Shown: positions 1 to 9,959, counted from the first letter of the stretch. The stretch is 64,000 nt of DNA from an uncultured Chloroflexia bacterium (GCA_963721545.1 CAVRKB010000012.1:31409-95408), one strand, 5' to 3'. Program-made: numbers and translations. Notes: generated from the sequence alone by a model not told the origin.

Positions 1-621
1 CTGCTCGGTGACGTCGAGCCCGAGCGCGAGCGGCCGTGGGATCGACGGGTCGGCCTCGCGCGCCGCCGCCCACGCCTGGAACACGATCTTCGCTGCCTCC
101 GGGTCGCAGTGGATGTTCCACTCCGTGGTTGGCGTGGTGTTGCCCGGCACGCCGTACGCGCCGCCCATCAGCGTGTAGCCGCGGAGGAGCCGCGGCAGCG
201 CCGGCTCGCGCTGGACGGCGAGCGCGAGGTTGGTCAGCGGCCCGAGCGTGACCAGCATGACCTCGCCGGGCCGGCGCCGGGCCGTGTCGAGGATGACGTC
301 GACCGCGTGCCGTTCCGAGAGCGGCCGTGACGGCGGCGGCAGCTCCGCGTGACCGATGCCGCGCGGCCCGTGCGTCTCGGGCGTCGTCTCCAGCGGCCGG
401 ACGAGCGGGACCTCACGGCCGAGGGCGACCTCGACGTCCGGCCGCCCGGCGAGCTCGAGGACCGCCAGCGTGTTGATCGCGACCTGCCGGGCATCGACGT
501 TGCCCGAGACGCATGTCGCGGCGAGGAGCTCCGCGTCGGGCGAGGCCGCCGCGTAGAGGAGCGCCAGGCTGTCGTCGATCCCGGTGTCGACGTCGAGGAT
601 GAGGGCCGTCCGATCCACCAC
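1..621 (-). CDS. inosine-uridine-preferring nucleoside hydrolase (IunH family); N-terminal two-thirds, C-terminus beyond window start
   Basis: Minus-strand translation from GTG at 619-621 gives [25 protein letters not shown]...HGPRGIG...LGPLTNLA...CDPEA, the nucleoside hydrolase Asp-cluster and core motifs. No in-window stop, so it is absent from the ORF track. Confidence 0.8.
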   Translation of the reverse strand, partial: MVDRTALILDVDTGIDDSLALLYAAASPDAELLAATCVSGNVDARQVAINTLAVLELAGRPDVEVALGREVPLVRPLETTPETHGPRGIGHAELPPPSRPLSERHAVDVILDTARRRPGEVMLVTLGPLTNLALAVQREPALPRLLRGYTLMGGAYGVPGNTTPTTEWNIHCDPEAAKIVFQAWAAAREADPSIPRPLALGLDVTEQ

Positions 622-630
622 GGCCCGATC

Positions 631-1164
631 CTAGCCGAGCGCGGCAGCTCCGACCGCGGCGGCCACCCGTGCCACGGCATCGTCCGGGGAGTGCTCGTCG
701 ACGTCGACCATCAGCGCGCCGAGCGCTTCGGCCAGCGGCTCACGATGGGCCGCCTGCTCGGCGAGGAACGCCTCGGGCGACTCGCCGTAGGCCGGCCGAT
801 GTTCGTCGGCCGACTCGAAGCGGGCGGCCAGCGTCTCCGCGCTGGCGTCCAGCCACACGACCAGGACGGCCGGCTTCGTCATGGCCGCCCGGCAGGCCGG
901 GTCGTCGATCACGCTGGCGGCTGCACTCACCACCATCGGTCCCGGCGCGGCGAGCGCCTCGAGCAGGTGCGCGTGCTCGCGCTCGTGCATGGCGGTCACA
1001 CCCTCGCGGTCGCGCAGCTCGCGCACGGTGAGCCCGGTCGCCGCCTCGATGTCGACGTCGGAGTCGCGCCACGGCCAGCCAAGCCGCTTCGCGAGGTCTC
1101 GCCCGACGGTCGTCTTGCCGGCGCCCATCAGGCCGGTGATCACGACATGGTCAACGGCTGTCAT
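631..1164 (-). CDS. aroK: shikimate kinase
   Basis: Walker [23 protein letters not shown] followed by shikimate-kinase core. Internal Met ([11 protein letters not shown]) chosen as start, giving a divergent arrangement with purK. Confidence 0.8.
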   Translation of the reverse strand: MTAVDHVVITGLMGAGKTTVGRDLAKRLGWPWRDSDVDIEAATGLTVRELRDREGVTAMHEREHAHLLEALAAPGPMVVSAAASVIDDPACRAAMTKPAVLVVWLDASAETLAARFESADEHRPAYGESPEAFLAEQAAHREPLAEALGALMVDVDEHSPDDAVARVAAAVGAAALG

Positions 1165-1195
1165 CGCGACAGGGTAGCCCCCGTACACTCGCGCC

Positions 1196-2383
1196 ATGGG
1201 ACCGCAGCCGCCGATCGCGCCGCCGGCCGTCATCGGCATCCTCGGCGGCGGCCAGCTCGGCCGGATGCTCGGTGGCGCCGCCCACGCGATGGGCTACCGC
1301 GTCGCGGTCCTCGACCCGGATCCCGATTGTCCGGCCGCCGCGGTCGCCGATCACCTGGTCATCGGCTCGTACGACGACGTCGGCGCGGCCCTGCGCCTGG
1401 CCGAATGCAGCGCGGTCGTCACCTACGAGCTGGAGCACGTCGCGGCATCGGTCGTGGCCGCGGTCGAGGCGGTGGTCCCGGTCCGGCCCGGGACGCAGCC
1501 GCTGCTCGTCACCCAGGACCGGCTGACCGAGCGGCGGTTCGTGGAGGGCGCCGGCATCGCGGTTGCGCCGTGGCGCGAGGTGCGTTCGGTGGCGGAGGCG
1601 CGCACCGCCGCCGACGAGCTCGGCCTGCCGCTCCGGGTCAAGCTCCCGATCGGTGGCTACGACGGGCGTGGCCAGCTCCGGATCACGGACCCGGCACAGC
1701 TCGACGACGCGTGGCCGCGGCTCGGCCGCCAGGCCGGCGACCCGCTCCTCGCCGAGCGCGAGCTCGAGTTCGCCGCGGAGCTGTCGGTCGTCGTCGCGCG
1801 CGGGCTCGACGGCGTGCCGGAGACCTACCCGATCGCTCGCAACCGGCACGACGAGGGCATCCTGGTCGAGTCGGTCGCGCCGGCGCCGATCGACCAGGGG
1901 ACGGCCGACTGGGCCGCGACGATCGGCACGGACCTCGCCGCCGCCATGGACCTGTGCGGCACGCTGACCACCGAGCTCTTCCTGCTGCCGGACGGCGCCC
2001 TGGTCGTCAACGAGCTGGCGCCGCGGGTCCACAACTCGGGTCACTGGACGCTCGAAGGCGCCGCCACGTCGCAATTCGAGCAGCACATCCGCGCGATCTG
2101 CGGGCTGGGCCTGGGGTCCACGGCCGCGCTGGCACCGGCAGCCACGGTCAACCTCCTGGGACGCGGCCCGCGGCGGCCGGCGCGTCTGCTCGGCGCCGAC
2201 GCCGCGCTCGCCGACCCGGTCGTCCACCTCCACCTGTACGACAAGCGCCAGGTGTTCGAACGCCGCAAGATGGGGCACCTCACGGCGCTCGGCCCGGACG
2301 TCGACACGGCCCTCGCGAGTGCGACGCGGGCGCTGGCCACCCTGAGCTGGGCCAACGACGAGATCGAGGAGGGCACCCGATGA
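1196..2383 (+). CDS. purK: N5-carboxyaminoimidazole ribonucleotide synthase
   Basis: ATP-grasp PurK signature: [48 protein letters not shown]. Leaderless-type TACACT 6 nt upstream of ATG. Confidence 0.9.
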   Translation: MGPQPPIAPPAVIGILGGGQLGRMLGGAAHAMGYRVAVLDPDPDCPAAAVADHLVIGSYDDVGAALRLAECSAVVTYELEHVAASVVAAVEAVVPVRPGTQPLLVTQDRLTERRFVEGAGIAVAPWREVRSVAEARTAADELGLPLRVKLPIGGYDGRGQLRITDPAQLDDAWPRLGRQAGDPLLAERELEFAAELSVVVARGLDGVPETYPIARNRHDEGILVESVAPAPIDQGTADWAATIGTDLAAAMDLCGTLTTELFLLPDGALVVNELAPRVHNSGHWTLEGAATSQFEQHIRAICGLGLGSTAALAPAATVNLLGRGPRRPARLLGADAALADPVVHLHLYDKRQVFERRKMGHLTALGPDVDTALASATRALATLSWANDEIEEGTR

Positions 2384-2889
2384 CCGAGCCGAGCACGGCC
2401 ACCGCCGCGCGGCCCGTCGTCGGCGTCGTCGGTGGCAGCCGCTCCGACTTCCCGATCCTCGAGGCGGCGGTGGCCGTGCTCGGCGAGCTCGGCGTCGCGG
2501 CGGAGCTTCGCGTCGTGTCCGCCCATCGAACCCCGGACCACCTGTTCCGCTACGCCGAGGACGCCGCCGGCCGCGGGATCAAGGTCATCGTGGCCGGCGC
2601 CGGGGGCGCGGCCCACCTGCCCGGGATGCTCGCCGCGAAGACGGCCCTGCCGGTCATCGGCGTGCCCATCCCGACCGAGCACCTCGGCGGCCTCGACTCG
2701 CTGCTGTCGATCGTCCAGATGCCGCGCGGGATCCCGGTCGCGACCGTGGCGATCGGCAACGCGACGAACGCCGGCCTCCTCGCGGCGGCGATCCTCGCGC
2801 TCTCGGACGACGCGCTGGCCGGACGCCTCGCCGCCTGGCGCGCCCGCCAGACCGAGGCCGTGCTCGACGACCCGTCGAACCCCGCCTAG
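2380..2889 (+). CDS. purE: N5-CAIR mutase
   Basis: [22 protein letters not shown]...[31 protein letters not shown] PurE signature. ATGA overlap with the purK stop. Sits inside the spurious 349..2889 ORF. Confidence 0.9.
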   Translation: MTEPSTATAARPVVGVVGGSRSDFPILEAAVAVLGELGVAAELRVVSAHRTPDHLFRYAEDAAGRGIKVIVAGAGGAAHLPGMLAAKTALPVIGVPIPTEHLGGLDSLLSIVQMPRGIPVATVAIGNATNAGLLAAAILALSDDALAGRLAAWRARQTEAVLDDPSNPA

Positions 2890-2902
2890 AGCCACGGGAG
2901 GA

Positions 2903-3833
2903 TCAGCCGCCCTCGACCCACGGCGTGACCGCGCCGCGCACACCGACGTCGATCGCCCACAGGGTCGTGGTCGCGGTGATGAACAGCCGCCGGCCGTCGG
3001 CGCCACCGAACGTGCAGTTGCCGGCCGGCTCGGGCACCAGGATCCGCCCGAGCTCGGTGCCCCGGTCGTCGAGGACGTGGATGCCGTCGCCGGCCGACGT
3101 CCACAGGTTGCCTTCGACGTCGACCCGGAAGCCGTCCGGGAGGCCGGGCTCGACGACCGCGAACACGCGGGGCGACTCGAGCGTCCGTCCGTCGATCACG
3201 TCGAAGGCGACGATGTGGTGGTTGCCGCCCTCGATCCGCGCGGCCGAGGTGTCCGACACGTACAGCACGCGCTCGTCGGGCGAGAAGGCCAGGCCGTTCG
3301 GGTGGACCAGGTCGCCGTAGACGATCGCCAGCTCGCCGCTGGCGGGGTCGAAGCGGAAGACGTTGCACGCACCAAGCTCGGAATCGGCCTTGTAGCCCTC
3401 GTGGTCGTCGAGGATGCCGTACGGCGGGTCGCTGAACCAGATGCGCGCCGTCAGACGCGACCACGAGGTCGTTCGGCGAGTTGAGGCGGCGGCCGTCGTA
3501 CCGGTCGACCACCGTCGTCCGCGAACCGTCGGGCTCGTAGCGCGCGACGCGCCGGGGTCCGTGCTCGCAGGCGAGGACCCGCCCGTCGAGGTCGAGCGTG
3601 TGGCCGTTGGCGAAGTCGGACGGGCGGAGGAGCTCGCTCGGGCCGTCGGCCGCCGACCAGCGACGCACCACGTTGCCCGGGACGTCGCTCCACAGGACGG
3701 CGTCCTCGTCGGGGACGTAGACGGGGCCTTCCGCCCAGATCGCGCCGTCCGCCAGCCGGACGAGCTCGGCGCCCGCCGGCACGAGCCGCTCCAGCCGCGG
3801 GTCGCGCACGATCCGCTCGACGCCGGTCCCCAT
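2903..3833 (-). CDS. SMP-30/gluconolactonase/LRE family protein (one apparent frameshift)
   Basis: N-part (MGTGVERIV...LVVASDGA) and C-part (IWFSDPPYG...LYVSDTSAARIEGGNHHIVAFDV...) are both SMP-30 homologous but lie in two frames. An extra C in gcgCatctgg near 3435 separates them. Confidence 0.7.
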
Positions 3834-4570
3834 CAGGACACCGCGTTCGGTCGTGGAGCCACGGCGGTCGCCGCTGACGGCCCGCGATGCTCGGCCAGGT
3901 GCAGCCCGAGGTCCAGCGCGATCTTGAGCAGCACGAGCACGACGATCGCCGCCGCCGGGGCGCCGGTCACGCTGATCGCCATCGCGCCGATGATGACCGT
4001 GACGTGCATGACGACCAGCCGGCCGTACGGCGCAAACATCTGCGCCGCGGCCGTGGTCCGCAGGTACTCGCCCCGGCCGATGTAGTTGAAGACGTACGAC
4101 ACCCCGTGGCTGATGAACAGGCCGACGAGCACGAAGGCGATCGCCAGCGGGTTCAGCGTCGTCCCGAAGTCCGGCTCGCCCTGGGCGCCCGTGAACGCGA
4201 ACAAGGGGAGCGTCAGGACGAACAGGCCGTGGACGACCCAGAAGATGCCGTAATGCATGATGAAGAACGGGATCAGGGTCGCCTTGTCCATGCCGCTCGG
4301 CGAGCGGCCGTTGACCCGCATGCCACTCAGCTTGCGACGGGTCTCGCGCACCGCTTCCGGCGACGCGTCCTCCGGCCCATCGGCGCGACGCATCTTCAGC
4401 ACGTTGAACAGCCCGTAGATGCCGTTCTCCAGCCAGTAGATGATCAGGATTCCCCAGACGTCCCAGCCGAACCACAGCACGCCGGCGAGTGGGATCAGGT
4501 TGGCGACGATCAGCGCGACGACCGCGCCGACCGACGAGCCGACCCGGTACCAGGCGACGAGGCGCTGCAT
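3833..4570 (-). CDS. hypothetical polytopic membrane protein
   Basis: Intact 245-aa ORF with 6-7 hydrophobic helices and no recognisable catalytic motif. Its stop overlaps the gluconolactonase start (ATGA). Confidence 0.55.
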   Translation of the reverse strand: MQRLVAWYRVGSSVGAVVALIVANLIPLAGVLWFGWDVWGILIIYWLENGIYGLFNVLKMRRADGPEDASPEAVRETRRKLSGMRVNGRSPSGMDKATLIPFFIMHYGIFWVVHGLFVLTLPLFAFTGAQGEPDFGTTLNPLAIAFVLVGLFISHGVSYVFNYIGRGEYLRTTAAAQMFAPYGRLVVMHVTVIIGAMAISVTGAPAAAIVVLVLLKIALDLGLHLAEHRGPSAATAVAPRPNAVS

Positions 4571-4626
4571 GCGCCCGATGCTATCCCGCTCGGCGGCGGG
4601 CCGTCCGCTCCCCCGGAGCGATCGCG

Positions 4627-5611
4627 CTAGGCGCTGAGCTCGACCGGGCTGACCGAGACGGACCGGCTCTCGCCGCCGCGTTCGACGCGCAGCTCGACGC
4701 GCCGCCCGATGACGTCGCCGACGAGCTGGCGCTGGAGGTCGCCGACGCCCTCGATCGGCTGTCCGTTGAGCTCGGTCACGATGTCGCCGACGCGCAGCCC
4801 GGCGCTGGCGGCCGGACCCGGCTCGAGGAGCTGGACGATCTCGAGCCCGCGTGGGCGGCCGATCCGGGCGGCGACGGCCTCGCCGAGCGGCCGCGTCCCG
4901 CCGACGATGCCGAGGAACGCGCGCCGGACGCGGCCGTCGACGATCAGCGCATCGAGGATCCCGCGGGTGACCGCGTCGATCGGCACGGCGAGGCCGAGCC
5001 CGATTCCGGCGACCGCGGTGTTGATGCCGACGACCCGTCCGCGCGAGTCGGCGAGCGCCCCGCCGGAGTTGCCCGGGTTGAGCGCGGCGTCGGTCTGGAT
5101 GACGTTCTCGACCAGCCGGCTCGACCGCCCGTCACGCGTGGCCAGCGAACGGCCGAGCGCGCTCACGACGCCGGCGGTCACAGTTCCCGCGAACCCGAGC
5201 GGATTGCCGATGGCGACGACGAGCTGGCCGACCCGCAGCCGGGCCGCGTCGCCGAGCGGCGCCGCCGTCGGGCTGCCGCCCGCCGTCCGGACGACGGCGA
5301 GGTCGGACAGGGGATCGCGGCCCACGACCGAGAAGTCGAGCTCGGCGCCGTCGACGAACGTGGCGGTGCCCCGTTCCGAGCCGGCGACCACGTGGGCCGA
5401 GGTCACGAGATAGCCGATCGGGCTCGATCGCCACGGCCGACCCCGCGCCGCCGGCCGACCAGCCGCCGACCTGGCGGGTCACGCGCAGGCTGGCGACCGA
5501 CGGGATCAGCCGCTCGGCCGCCGTCGAGACGGCGACCGAGTAGGCATCGAGCGCCTCGTCATCGATGGCGTCGACCGGATCGGCGTCCGGCCGTGGCAGC
5601 GAGGCGAGCAC
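4627..5611 (-). CDS. HtrA/DegP-family trypsin-like serine protease with C-terminal PDZ domain (one apparent frameshift)
   Basis: TSAHVV...D(L/I)AVVR...GNSGGAL catalytic triad context plus a PDZ tail. The N-terminal 60 aa are in another frame; a 1-nt insertion near 5420 (gatCggctat). Confidence 0.7.
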
Positions 5612-5616
5612 GGCGG

Positions 5617-6518
5617 TCAGGCCTCGCCGGTGGCGGTGGTACCCCCGCCGACCTGGACGGTGCGCTCATCGTTGCCGCGGACGAGCTTGACCTCGAACGG
5701 GAAGTCGAGCGCGCCGAGCGCCTCGTGGAGCTCGTCGGCATCGGTCACGGCGCGGCCGCCGGCCTCGACGATCAGGTCGCCCGGATTCGATCCCGGCCGC
5801 CGCCGCGGGGCTGCCGTCCTCGACGCCGCGGACGAGCACGCCCTCGCGCTCCGGGAGCCCGACCGACCGGCGCATCCGCCGCGCGACGTGCGACGGGGCG
5901 ACGGCCACGCCGAGGCGCAGGCGCTTGGGCGACTCACCGCGACCGAGGGCGTCGATCCGCCCGCGCAGCTCGTCGTCGGCCGGCAGGGCCAGATAGAAGC
6001 CCTCGCCGATCCGATTCGTGTTGATCCCGACGAGCTTGCCCGCCGCATCGAGGAGCGCCCCGCCGGACGAGCCGGGCGCGAGCGGCGCGGTGTGCTCGAC
6101 GCTGCCCTCGATCCGCCGGCCACCGGGGCCCCGGAACGCGCGGGCGACCGCCGAGACGAGCCCGAACGTCACACGGGTGCCGCCACCGTGGCTGGCGCCG
6201 GCGCCGAACACGGCCGTGCCGACCGTGAGCGCGGAGCCGTCGCCCCACTCGAGCGGGGTGGCGGCCGCCGGTGTCGACGTCGATGACGGCCAGGTCGCCC
6301 TCGCCGTCGAAGCCGGCGACGGTGCCGCGCACCCGCCGGCCATCGGCGAAGGTGACGGTGACCTCGTCGCCGCGCAGGTTGTGGGCGTTGGTCAGGACCT
6401 TGCCCGCAGCAAGGACGATGCCCGAGCCGCGCGTGCCACGGCCGATTCCGACGATCGATGGGCCGACGTTTTCGGCGGCCTGGGCGACGGCGGTCTGGAG
6501 TTCTTCGATGGCGCTCAT
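5617..6518 (-). CDS. HtrA/DegP-family serine protease, second tandem copy (two apparent frameshifts)
   Basis: Three consecutive frame segments: MSAIEELQ...GKVLTNAHNL...DLAVIDV, then GTAVFGAG...GSSGGALLDAAGKLVGINT, then the PDZ GDLIVEAGGRAVTD. ATG at 6516-6518 with a GGAGCAACC-type RBS. Confidence 0.65.
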
Positions 6519-6549
6519 GGGCTGGTTGCTCCGTGTTGTGCGGTGGGAA

Positions 6550-6571
6550 TAGACTTGTAACTTGCAATCTA
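6550..6571. promoter_or_regulatory. candidate operator in the htrA/hxlR divergent intergenic region (TAGA-CTTGTAA-CTTGCAA-TCTA)
   Basis: AT-rich 22-mer in a 70-bp intergenic region: tandem CTTGYAA heptamers flanked by inverted TAGA/TCTA. Positioned 17 nt upstream of the hxlR GTG. Confidence 0.3.
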
Positions 6572-6587
6572 CTACTGACTCGGAACC

Positions 6588-7070
6588 GTGACAACCCCCG
6601 ATCTCGCCCCTACCATCGCCGCCATGCCCGATGCCCAAGACCTGACCGCGGCCCGGCGCGAGTCGACATCCCTCGAAGCGGCGCTCGAGCGCGTCGGCGA
6701 CCGCTGGAGCCTGCTCTTGGTCGACGCCCTGCTCGCCGGCCCGCGCCGGTTCAACGAGCTGGCCGAGGCGATCCCCGCGATCGCACCGAACATCCTGACC
6801 GACCGGCTGCGCCGCCTCGAGCGCGAGCGGATCGTCCATGCGACGCCCTACCAGCAGCGCCCGCCCCGGATGTCCTACGCCCTGACCGCCGATGGACGCG
6901 ACCTCGCCTCCGTCCTGCGCCTCCTGGCCGACTGGGGCTCGCGCGGCGCGACCGACGCCGACCCGATGCGCCACGGCGTGTGCGGCACCCCGCTCGAGAC
7001 GCGCTGGTATTGCCCGACCTGCGACCTGTCGATCGAAAGCCGCGACGCCGACGAGTCACGGACCGTCTGA
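6588..7070 (+). CDS. HxlR-family transcriptional regulator with C-terminal Cys-rich (zinc-ribbon-like) extension
   Basis: DRWSLLLVDALLAGPRRFNELAEAIPAIAPNILTDRLRRLERERIV is the HxlR-type wHTH. The C-terminal tail VCGTPLETRWYCPTCD carries a C-x10-C-P-x-C arrangement. Confidence 0.8.
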   Translation: MTTPDLAPTIAAMPDAQDLTAARRESTSLEAALERVGDRWSLLLVDALLAGPRRFNELAEAIPAIAPNILTDRLRRLERERIVHATPYQQRPPRMSYALTADGRDLASVLRLLADWGSRGATDADPMRHGVCGTPLETRWYCPTCDLSIESRDADESRTV

Positions 7071-7076
7071 GGCGGC

Positions 7077-7499
7077 TCAGGCCTCAGTGCGCCGCGCGGC
7101 ACCGACGAACGCGTGGAGCCCGTCGAACAGCGGGCCGGTCAGCTCGAGCAGTCGGTCGTCGTCGACGGTCATCGACAACCCCCGGATCAGCGCGTCGAGC
7201 CCCGCAGCCTCGGGGGCGTCATAGCGGTCGTCGCCGATGTCCGCCTCGTGGACGATCCGGCCGATGGCCGCCAGCACAGGGTCTGTCAGCCCGTAGTGGG
7301 CGAGCATCACCTCGAACGTGCAGTCGCCGCCGTGGTGCGAGAACGCCGCACCCGGCACATCGAATGGCGTCGCGTCGACGGGCACGTCGCCCGGGTCGTC
7401 GACGAACACGAACGTCGCGTCGCGGTCGATCGAGCGCACGATCAGCCAGGCACAGGCGGCCCGATCGACATGGCAGCCGCGCCGTGTCGCCCACCTCAC
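7077..7499 (-). CDS. ChrB C-terminal-domain protein (chromate-resistance regulator family)
   Basis: WATRRGCHVDRAACAWLIVRSIDRDATFVFVDD matches the ChrB C-domain. GTGA overlap with the upstream ChrB N-domain ORF. Confidence 0.7.
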   Translation of the reverse strand: MRWATRRGCHVDRAACAWLIVRSIDRDATFVFVDDPGDVPVDATPFDVPGAAFSHHGGDCTFEVMLAHYGLTDPVLAAIGRIVHEADIGDDRYDAPEAAGLDALIRGLSMTVDDDRLLELTGPLFDGLHAFVGAARRTEA

Positions 7500-7969
7500 G
7501 ACGCGGCCTCGAGCGTGTCACCGAGTCCTTCGACCGCGGCCTCCGCCCTCGCCGCGATCGGCGGCGGGAAGTAGTCGCGCGACCGGATCCGGCGCAACTC
7601 ACGGCGCAGTCGGGCCACGGTCCGAAGCCGGTCGGACCGAGGGGCTGCCGCCGCGGCTCGAGCATCACCCATGACACGCGCATAGTCCGCCGCGACGGCC
7701 TCGGCCATCCGGGCAGCGAGCGCCTGATCCTGCCCCGTTGTCGCCGGCTCCGCCAGCCAGATCGTCGCCTCGCCGCCGGACTCACGAATGTCCTCGGCCA
7801 GCCAGTCCAGGCGTTCGCGCGTCTGCGCGTCCAGCGGGAGGGCCACGAGCCCGTCAGCCAGCTGGATTGCGCCGAGCCGGCGCAGCGTGCGCCAAGTAGA
7901 GATGCGAGGTGTCGACGGCTCGCGGGGGATCCGATAGGCCATCAGGACCCAGCGTCGCTTGGCTGCCAT
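7496..7969 (-). CDS. ChrB N-terminal-domain protein
   Basis: MAAKRRWVLMAYRIPREPSTPRISTWRTLRRLGAIQLADGLVALP matches the ChrB N-domain. Encoded separately from, and translationally coupled to, the C-domain ORF. Confidence 0.7.
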   Translation of the reverse strand: MAAKRRWVLMAYRIPREPSTPRISTWRTLRRLGAIQLADGLVALPLDAQTRERLDWLAEDIRESGGEATIWLAEPATTGQDQALAARMAEAVAADYARVMGDARAAAAAPRSDRLRTVARLRRELRRIRSRDYFPPPIAARAEAAVEGLGDTLEAAS

Positions 7970-8018
7970 GGCCGGAGTTTACCATGAAAAATGCAACCGT
8001 GGTTACAATTCTCGGTTC

Positions 8019-9308
8019 ATGGACGTCACGTCGACTCAAAGGTCAGCGGGCACGGCAGGCCTGTGGTCGAAGGCCGACTTCCGCCGGTTGTGGGGCGCCG
8101 ATGTGATCAGCCGTCTTGGCGATGCCACGACCGTGCTCGCCTTGCCACTGGCTGCCATCGTGGCTCTCGGGAGCAGCCCGTTCGAGGTGGGCCTCATCGG
8201 CGTCGCCCAGTTCGCCGCGGCGATCGTGTTCGGGTTGCCCGCGGGCGCGTGGGTCGACCGGCTCGGCCGCCGCAAATTGACGATGATCGCGGCCGACGTC
8301 GGCCGCGCCGTCAGCCTCGCGACGATCCCGCTGGCGTATGCGGCAGGGGTCCTGACGATCGGGCAGCTGCTGGTCGTCGCGGCCGTCAACGCCGCGCTCG
8401 CGTCGTTCTTCGACGTTGCCTCGAGCGCCTTCGTACCCGAGCTCGTGGGTCGGCCCAACCTGGTCGAGGCGAACGCCAAGCTGGCGATGGGACGATCTGC
8501 CGCGGAGGTCGGTGGGCCGGCCATCGGGGGCGCGCTGATCGCGGTCGCCGGCGCGCCGCTGGCCGTGGCCTTCGACGGCGTCAGCTTCGTCGTGTCGGCC
8601 ATGACGCTGCGGCGCGTGTCGATCGACGACCATGGGCAACCGCCCGGGACAACCTCGGGGGGCACATCCCTCCGACGCGACATCTCGATCGGCGTTCGCT
8701 TTGTCGCGCGGCAGCCGTACGTTCGCGCCGTTGCGGTGACGGCATGCCTTGGCAACCTGTCGCGCACCGTGGCGTTCACGGTCCTGCTCATCTACGCGAT
8801 CCGCGAGGCCGGCCTCTCGCCGCTCGCAATCGGTGTGGCGTTCGCGGTGGGCAATGTCGGGTTCTTCGTCGGCGGGCTTACCGCGACGCGGCTCACCAGG
8901 CGCCTCGGACTCGGATGCGCCATGGTCGTCGCGGTCCTTTGCTTTGGGCCGGCGATGACGCTCGTCCTGGTGGCACCGGCCGCCCAGCTGGCGCCGGCGA
9001 TCGGGCTGATGGCATTCCTGAACGGCCTCGGCATCGCCTTCCATGGGGTCAACCAGATCAGCCTGCGCCAGGCCGTTACGCCAGCTCGCCTGCTGGCTCG
9101 GGTCGCCGCGGTCACGCGGCTGCTGATCATGGGCGCCCTGCCGCTCGGCGCCGCCATCGGCGGGATCCTCGGGTCAGTCATCGGGCTCCACCAGACGATG
9201 GTGATCGGCACAGTCGGCCTGTATCTCATGGTGATCCCGTACCTCGTGTCTCCCGTCCATCGGCTGCGATCGCTGCCCGAGCCCGATGAAGGTCACGATC
9301 CCGCCTGA
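8019..9308 (+). CDS. MFS transporter
   Basis: 12-TM MFS architecture: GWVDRLGRRKL loop motif, repeated 6+6 helices. TACAAT 9 nt upstream of the ATG. Confidence 0.8.
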   Translation: MDVTSTQRSAGTAGLWSKADFRRLWGADVISRLGDATTVLALPLAAIVALGSSPFEVGLIGVAQFAAAIVFGLPAGAWVDRLGRRKLTMIAADVGRAVSLATIPLAYAAGVLTIGQLLVVAAVNAALASFFDVASSAFVPELVGRPNLVEANAKLAMGRSAAEVGGPAIGGALIAVAGAPLAVAFDGVSFVVSAMTLRRVSIDDHGQPPGTTSGGTSLRRDISIGVRFVARQPYVRAVAVTACLGNLSRTVAFTVLLIYAIREAGLSPLAIGVAFAVGNVGFFVGGLTATRLTRRLGLGCAMVVAVLCFGPAMTLVLVAPAAQLAPAIGLMAFLNGLGIAFHGVNQISLRQAVTPARLLARVAAVTRLLIMGALPLGAAIGGILGSVIGLHQTMVIGTVGLYLMVIPYLVSPVHRLRSLPEPDEGHDPA

Positions 9309-9536
9309 CCCCCAGCGCCGAGACCGCGTGCAACCTGGGCGGGCCACCGGCCGCGGGACCGTGTCCCGGAGCGACCATCCGCGACTGGTTCCGATCATGC
9401 GGAACCATCTGTGCTGATGGCCTGGAGATCGTTCCGTTTGGGTGGAACCAACTCCAAACGATGATCGTGGGCGGGCCCGATCCCAAACCTCGGTGCGCTT
9501 CCGGGCGCTCCGGCACGCTCCGGCTACACTCGGGCG

Positions 9537-9959
9537 ATGGATGACGAGCGCTGGGAGCCGGGCATGCCGGTCCTCGACCGCCAGGCCGTCCGTACCCCGG
9601 TCCTGCCGCCCAGCCTGCGCGGTCTTCCGCCCCGGTCTGTCCCTGAGGTCGCGCCCACCCCGCTCCAGCGCCACTACATCAACCTGAGCGTGATCGTGCT
9701 GATCTGCGGCGCCGTGGCGATCACCGCGCTCGAGCTCGGGGCGTCGCTCGGCAGCCCGCTGGTCAAGCTCTGCGTCGTGATCGCAGCGCCGCTCCTCGTG
9801 GTGACGACGGCCGACGCGGTGGTACGGATCTGGCGCTCGGCCTGGGCATGGATGCCGATCGACCGCACGAAGGGCCTCTTCCGCCTGGCCTGGGTCGCGG
9901 TCAGCCTGATCGGGCTCGCAGCGCTCGTCGCAGCATCGATCGTGGTCCTGCTCGCATGA
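9537..9959 (+). CDS. hypothetical small membrane protein
   Basis: 140-aa ORF with three predicted TM helices. Preceded by a 230-nt structured non-coding region. Confidence 0.45.
   Translation: MDDERWEPGMPVLDRQAVRTPVLPPSLRGLPPRSVPEVAPTPLQRHYINLSVIVLICGAVAITALELGASLGSPLVKLCVVIAAPLLVVTTADAVVRIWRSAWAWMPIDRTKGLFRLAWVAVSLIGLAALVAASIVVLLA

Noticed and set aside
349-2889. 846-aa ORF in the six-frame track
   Set aside because: Arg/Gly/Pro-rich low-complexity translation typical of an off-frame reading of 72% GC DNA. It overlaps the well-supported purK and purE (in-frame only over the last 170 codons) and is antisense to aroK. Not a real gene.
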